From an uncultured Planctomycetales bacterium (GTDB lineage Bacteria > Omnitrophota > Gorgyraeia > Gygaellales > Profunditerraquicolaceae): a DNA stretch of 64,000 nucleotides. How positions within the stretch are numbered: the stretch's first letter is position 1; each line of letters opens with the position of its first letter. Below, piece by piece: positions 60,554 to 64,000 of the stretch. The translations under genes were made by a program, and so were the position numbers. The DNA lies in NCBI GenBank assembly GCA_964645795.1, contig CAZYCL010000002.1:16352-80351 (forward strand). Reading direction: 5' to 3'. The notes under the pieces were generated by a model. The model saw only the letters and a program-made list of their open reading frames with translations, was not told the DNA's origin and ran no database searches.

Positions 60554-61612
60554 TTATCTCTCCAGTTCTTTCATTAAAACGCCGATGCAATCTTCTGCGC
60601 CGATCTTTCTGACCGGTTTGCCGGCTTTGAATAAAAGAGCTTTGTCCTTCCCGAATGCCACTCCGATATCGGCTCCCCTGGCCTCGCCGGGACCGTTAAC
60701 TACGCAGCCCATAACGGCTATTTTCTTATGTTTTAAACTGCGCCCGTTAATAAGGGCTAACTGTTCTTCCAATTCCCTTACTATCTTGATCAGATCGACT
60801 TCACAGCGGCCGCAGGTAGGACAGCTTATGACCTCCGGACCGAAGCTACGCAATCCCAGGGCCTCCAGGATCGCCCTTGCCGCCTTTATCTCTTGTTCCG
60901 GGGTATCGGTCAAAGATACCCTTACGGTATCACCGATGCCCTCCATCAGCAAGGCCCCCAGGGCGACAGCCGATTTTATCGCCCCGCCATAAGGGGCGCC
61001 CGTAGCGGTAACGCCCAAGTGCAGCGGATAATCGCAGCGTCCGGCGATCAGACGACAAGCGTCTACCGTATCCATCACGCTCGAACCCTTAAGCGAAACG
61101 ACGATATCATAAAACTTCAAGCTTTCTATCAGCCGCAGATAATCCAGGCAGCTTTTTACCAATTGCCTGGCAAGCGGCACTCTTTTTAGAACCCCTCCTC
61201 TTATCGAACCGGAGTTGACCCCTACGCGCAAAGGGATCCCGGCCTGCTTCAGTGCGCTGACTACCTGGCGCACCTCTTCTTTTTTATAAATATTGCCCGG
61301 ATTAAGCCTTATTTTATCGGCGCCGCTGTCTATGGCCTTAAGGGCAAGCTTATAATCAAAATGGATATCCGCTACCAACGGCATGCGTATCGCGCGCTTT
61401 ATGGCCCGTATTGCCAGGGCGTCTTCTGCGTCCTTTATTGCTACCCTGACGATCTCGCAGCCGCAGCCTTCAAGCGTCCTGATCTGGGAGACGACCTTAT
61501 CGACGCGCGAGGTCTTTTCCTTGGCCATCGACTGTATGGCCACGGGAAAGCCTGCCCCCACCGAGACGCTGCCGATATGGATTACTCTGGCCTTCCTTCT
61601 TTTTAGAGGCAT
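60554..61612 (-). CDS. ispG: 4-hydroxy-3-methylbut-2-en-1-yl diphosphate synthase (flavodoxin)
   Basis: GcpE TIM-barrel with C-terminal [4Fe-4S] cysteines (CPTCGRC ... C). Confidence 0.9.
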   Translation of the reverse strand: MPLKRRKARVIHIGSVSVGAGFPVAIQSMAKEKTSRVDKVVSQIRTLEGCGCEIVRVAIKDAEDALAIRAIKRAIRMPLVADIHFDYKLALKAIDSGADKIRLNPGNIYKKEEVRQVVSALKQAGIPLRVGVNSGSIRGGVLKRVPLARQLVKSCLDYLRLIESLKFYDIVVSLKGSSVMDTVDACRLIAGRCDYPLHLGVTATGAPYGGAIKSAVALGALLMEGIGDTVRVSLTDTPEQEIKAARAILEALGLRSFGPEVISCPTCGRCEVDLIKIVRELEEQLALINGRSLKHKKIAVMGCVVNGPGEARGADIGVAFGKDKALLFKAGKPVRKIGAEDCIGVLMKELER

Positions 61613-61619
61613 ATAAAAC

Positions 61620-62699
61620 CTACTTGCCGATAAATCCCGAGATCCTGTCTCCGAATATCCTGACTATATCATGGTAAGTGACAAAGAGAGCCAGAAAGAT
61701 AATGAAGCTGACCCCCGCACGGTTGATGATGCGCTCGGTCCGCTCGCTTATATATCTGCCCCTTATCTTCTCAACCCCCAGCAGGAATATGTGTCCGCCG
61801 TCAAGTATGGGCAGCGGCAGGAGATTGAATATCGCCAGGCTTATGCTTAGGATCGCCACCAGGCTTAATACCGCCACAAACCCCAGACGCGCGGCCTGGG
61901 AGGTGATCATGAAAATACCCAGCGGACCGGCCACGGAATCCTTAAAAGGGATCTTGCCGCTTATCATATACCAAAGCCCCTTCAGAGTGATCGTAGTAAT
62001 CTCGCCGGTCCTGACAAATGCCGCCCACATGGATTTGGCCGCTGTGTACTTGAGGATAACCACGTCTTCATGAGGGGTTATGCCCAGGAGGCCGACCTTC
62101 TTTTTCTGGCCCAGCGCGTCATCCAGCCCCTTCTCCTGTATGGTTATGTCCACGTCCAGGCTGCGTCCGGAACGCAGGATGGTCACGCGCACCTTTTCGG
62201 ATGCCCTTCTTTTATGAATCTCGGCCTGCAGGCTCTCCCAATACTCCACCGGCTTGCCGTCTACCGCAATTATCTGATCGTTTACCTGGACGCCGGAGCT
62301 CTGAGCCCCAAACCCGTCTACCAGGCCTCCTACTTTAGTGGTAAGGGCAGGGTAGCCTATCATGAATATGAACCAAAAACATATTATGCCCATCATATAA
62401 TTGAGCAGCGGCCCGGAGAATATTATCCAGAAGCGCTTGCCTACAGGCTTAGAGAAGTACTCGTCCTGCTCGCCCTTGCATTCGTTAAGGCTGTCACCGG
62501 CCAGCTTCACATACCCGCCGAAAGGAAACAACCCCAAGCTATATTCAGTCTGGCCTTTCTTGACCTTATAGAACTGGGGGCCAAAACCGATGGAAAACTT
62601 CTCCACTTTTACTCCCGCTTTACGGGCGGCAATAAAATGCCCGAACTCATGGACTACGATGAGTAGCCCCAGAATGACGAAAAAGATCACAAAACTCAT
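61620..62699 (-). CDS. rseP: RIP metalloprotease RseP (site-2 protease, M50)
   Basis: HEFGHFIAA zinc motif, an internal PDZ domain and a C-terminal LDG motif. Confidence 0.85.
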   Translation of the reverse strand: MSFVIFFVILGLLIVVHEFGHFIAARKAGVKVEKFSIGFGPQFYKVKKGQTEYSLGLFPFGGYVKLAGDSLNECKGEQDEYFSKPVGKRFWIIFSGPLLNYMMGIICFWFIFMIGYPALTTKVGGLVDGFGAQSSGVQVNDQIIAVDGKPVEYWESLQAEIHKRRASEKVRVTILRSGRSLDVDITIQEKGLDDALGQKKKVGLLGITPHEDVVILKYTAAKSMWAAFVRTGEITTITLKGLWYMISGKIPFKDSVAGPLGIFMITSQAARLGFVAVLSLVAILSISLAIFNLLPLPILDGGHIFLLGVEKIRGRYISERTERIINRAGVSFIIFLALFVTYHDIVRIFGDRISGFIGK

Positions 62700-62701
62700 T
62701 T

Positions 62702-63859
62702 TTAATTCATCCTTGCGATCGCTTCTTTTGCCCTTACCCTGGCATGCCTGTCTGCCTCCAGCACATCAGCCAGAGCCGGCCGGGACATGATCCTGTGCCT
62801 GGAAAGGACTCTTTCGATAACCTTGGGAATGGCGCTGAAAGCAAGCCTGCCCCTGAGAAACTCCTCGACCGCTACTTCATTGGCGGCATTCAACACTGCC
62901 GGGGCCGTCCCCAGCTGTCTGGCTGCCTCGTACGCTAAGGCCAGGCAGGGGAATTTATCCATATCCGGGGATTCGAAGTGGAGCTGCTTAAGGGCGTAGA
63001 AATCCAGCCACTTGCCCGAACTGTTATCCAGCCTCCTGGGATAAGAGAGCGCGTATTGTATGGGTATGCGCATGTCTGTTTGCGACAACTGCGCCATTAC
63101 CACCCCGTCGCAGAACTCTACCATCGAATGCACGATGGCCTGCGGGTGGATAACGGTCTTGATCTTTTGCCAGCCCACATCGAACAAAAACATCGCCTCC
63201 AGCACTTCCAGCCCCTTGTTCATAAGGGTAGCCGAGTCCACGGTGATCTTTTTACCCATCTTCCAGCGCGGATGCCTCAATACCTTCTCAAGGCAGACTT
63301 TTTTCAGCTGCGACTTCTTAAGCTTAAGCAGCGGCCCGCCGGAAGCCGTCAGGTATATCCGGCGCAATCTCTCTTTATCCTCTCCGTCCAGACACTGCCA
63401 GATCGCGGACTGTTCGCTGTCAACAGGCAGGATCCTCGCTTTGCTTCTTGAAGCGGCCTGCCAGATAATCGGTCCTGCCATGACCAGGGCTTCCTTGTTA
63501 GCCAGGGCCACTTCCTTACCGCACTCGACTGCCTTTAACAGCGGCTTAAGGGCCCCGGAGCCGCTGATGGCCAGCAGCACCTTGTCTGCCTGGCTGTATA
63601 ACATCCCGCAATCATAGGCTTCATCGCCGCAATAAACCTTTACGCAAGAAGGCAGCTTCTTCTGAAGCCTTGATCCGGCCCCATAGTCCTGCACGCAGAC
63701 AACCCGGGGCGCAAACTCCCTGATCTGCCTGTATAAAAGAGCGGTATTGGTTTTGGCGCTCAAGGCAACAACCTTGAACTCACCCGGGAAACGCCTTACT
63801 ACTTTAAGCGCACTTTCTCCGATCGAGCCGGTAGAACCGAGGATCGCGATACGCGTCAT
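62702..63859 (-). CDS. dxr: 1-deoxy-D-xylulose 5-phosphate reductoisomerase
   Basis: N-terminal NADPH-binding motif [13 protein letters not shown]; 385 aa. Confidence 0.9.
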   Translation of the reverse strand: MTRIAILGSTGSIGESALKVVRRFPGEFKVVALSAKTNTALLYRQIREFAPRVVCVQDYGAGSRLQKKLPSCVKVYCGDEAYDCGMLYSQADKVLLAISGSGALKPLLKAVECGKEVALANKEALVMAGPIIWQAASRSKARILPVDSEQSAIWQCLDGEDKERLRRIYLTASGGPLLKLKKSQLKKVCLEKVLRHPRWKMGKKITVDSATLMNKGLEVLEAMFLFDVGWQKIKTVIHPQAIVHSMVEFCDGVVMAQLSQTDMRIPIQYALSYPRRLDNSSGKWLDFYALKQLHFESPDMDKFPCLALAYEAARQLGTAPAVLNAANEVAVEEFLRGRLAFSAIPKVIERVLSRHRIMSRPALADVLEADRHARVRAKEAIARMN

Positions 63860-64000
63860 CTCATCAAAATGTTTATGTAAAAATAAAACGCCGGGGCCGT
63901 AAAAAGAAGGCTGTCTATTTCATCGAGTATCCCGCCCATCCCGGGAAGCAGCCCCCCGGAATCCTTGACCCCGCAATCCCTTTTGATCAGCGACTCGGAA
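63856..64000 (-). CDS. cdsA: Phosphatidate cytidylyltransferase, C-terminal fragment; the gene continues beyond the window end
   Basis: The minus-strand frame open to the window end reads ...[32 protein letters not shown]. Its stop overlaps the dxr ATG as ATGA. Confidence 0.7.
   Translation of the reverse strand, partial: SESLIKRDCGVKDSGGLLPGMGGILDEIDSLLFTAPAFYFYINILMR

Noticed and set aside
60183-60992. 269-aa plus-strand ORF
   Set aside because: Antisense to the CpaF-like ATPase and ispG; Ser/Pro/Leu-rich with no motifs; a shadow ORF.

Overview
This is a densely coding bacterial chromosomal window of roughly 55-57% GC. Almost every gene is on the minus strand; rpmB (885..1112) is the only clear plus-strand gene. 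The content is mostly housekeeping. In descending coordinates it runs: partial cdsA, dxr, rseP, ispG, an orphan CpaF-like ATPase, proS, rimP, nusA, infB, trpS, scpA, ruvB, a CDF transporter, a two-component system with two extra receiver proteins, mscS, a trehalose block (otsA with a sensor-like N-terminus, otsB, a hypothetical, treT), queuosine genes (queH, queA, tgt) with a permease, trmD, rplS, rnhB, yraN, the Wood-Ljungdahl methyl-branch genes fchA, folD and metF plus a lone acetyl-CoA synthase acsB, a long polA-glgA-coaE-rho-rpmE-prfA-prmC-murA-trpGDCFBA array, an M16 peptidase, a CNNM/CBS transporter, rsfS, argS, recJ, and a partial UvrD-family helicase. The standout region is 22934..27653 (minus strand). 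It looks like an uncharacterised RiPP-type peptide-maturation operon with its own near-consensus sigma70 promoter. It encodes a 73-aa Cys-containing precursor whose leader carries a PqqA-like motif, a stand-alone PqqD/RRE protein, three tandem translationally coupled radical-SAM/SPASM paralogs, and an HprK-fold P-loop kinase. I saw no rRNA, tRNA, CRISPR array or mobile element. All calls rest on motif and architecture recognition in the supplied translations and the raw sequence; no database search was possible.
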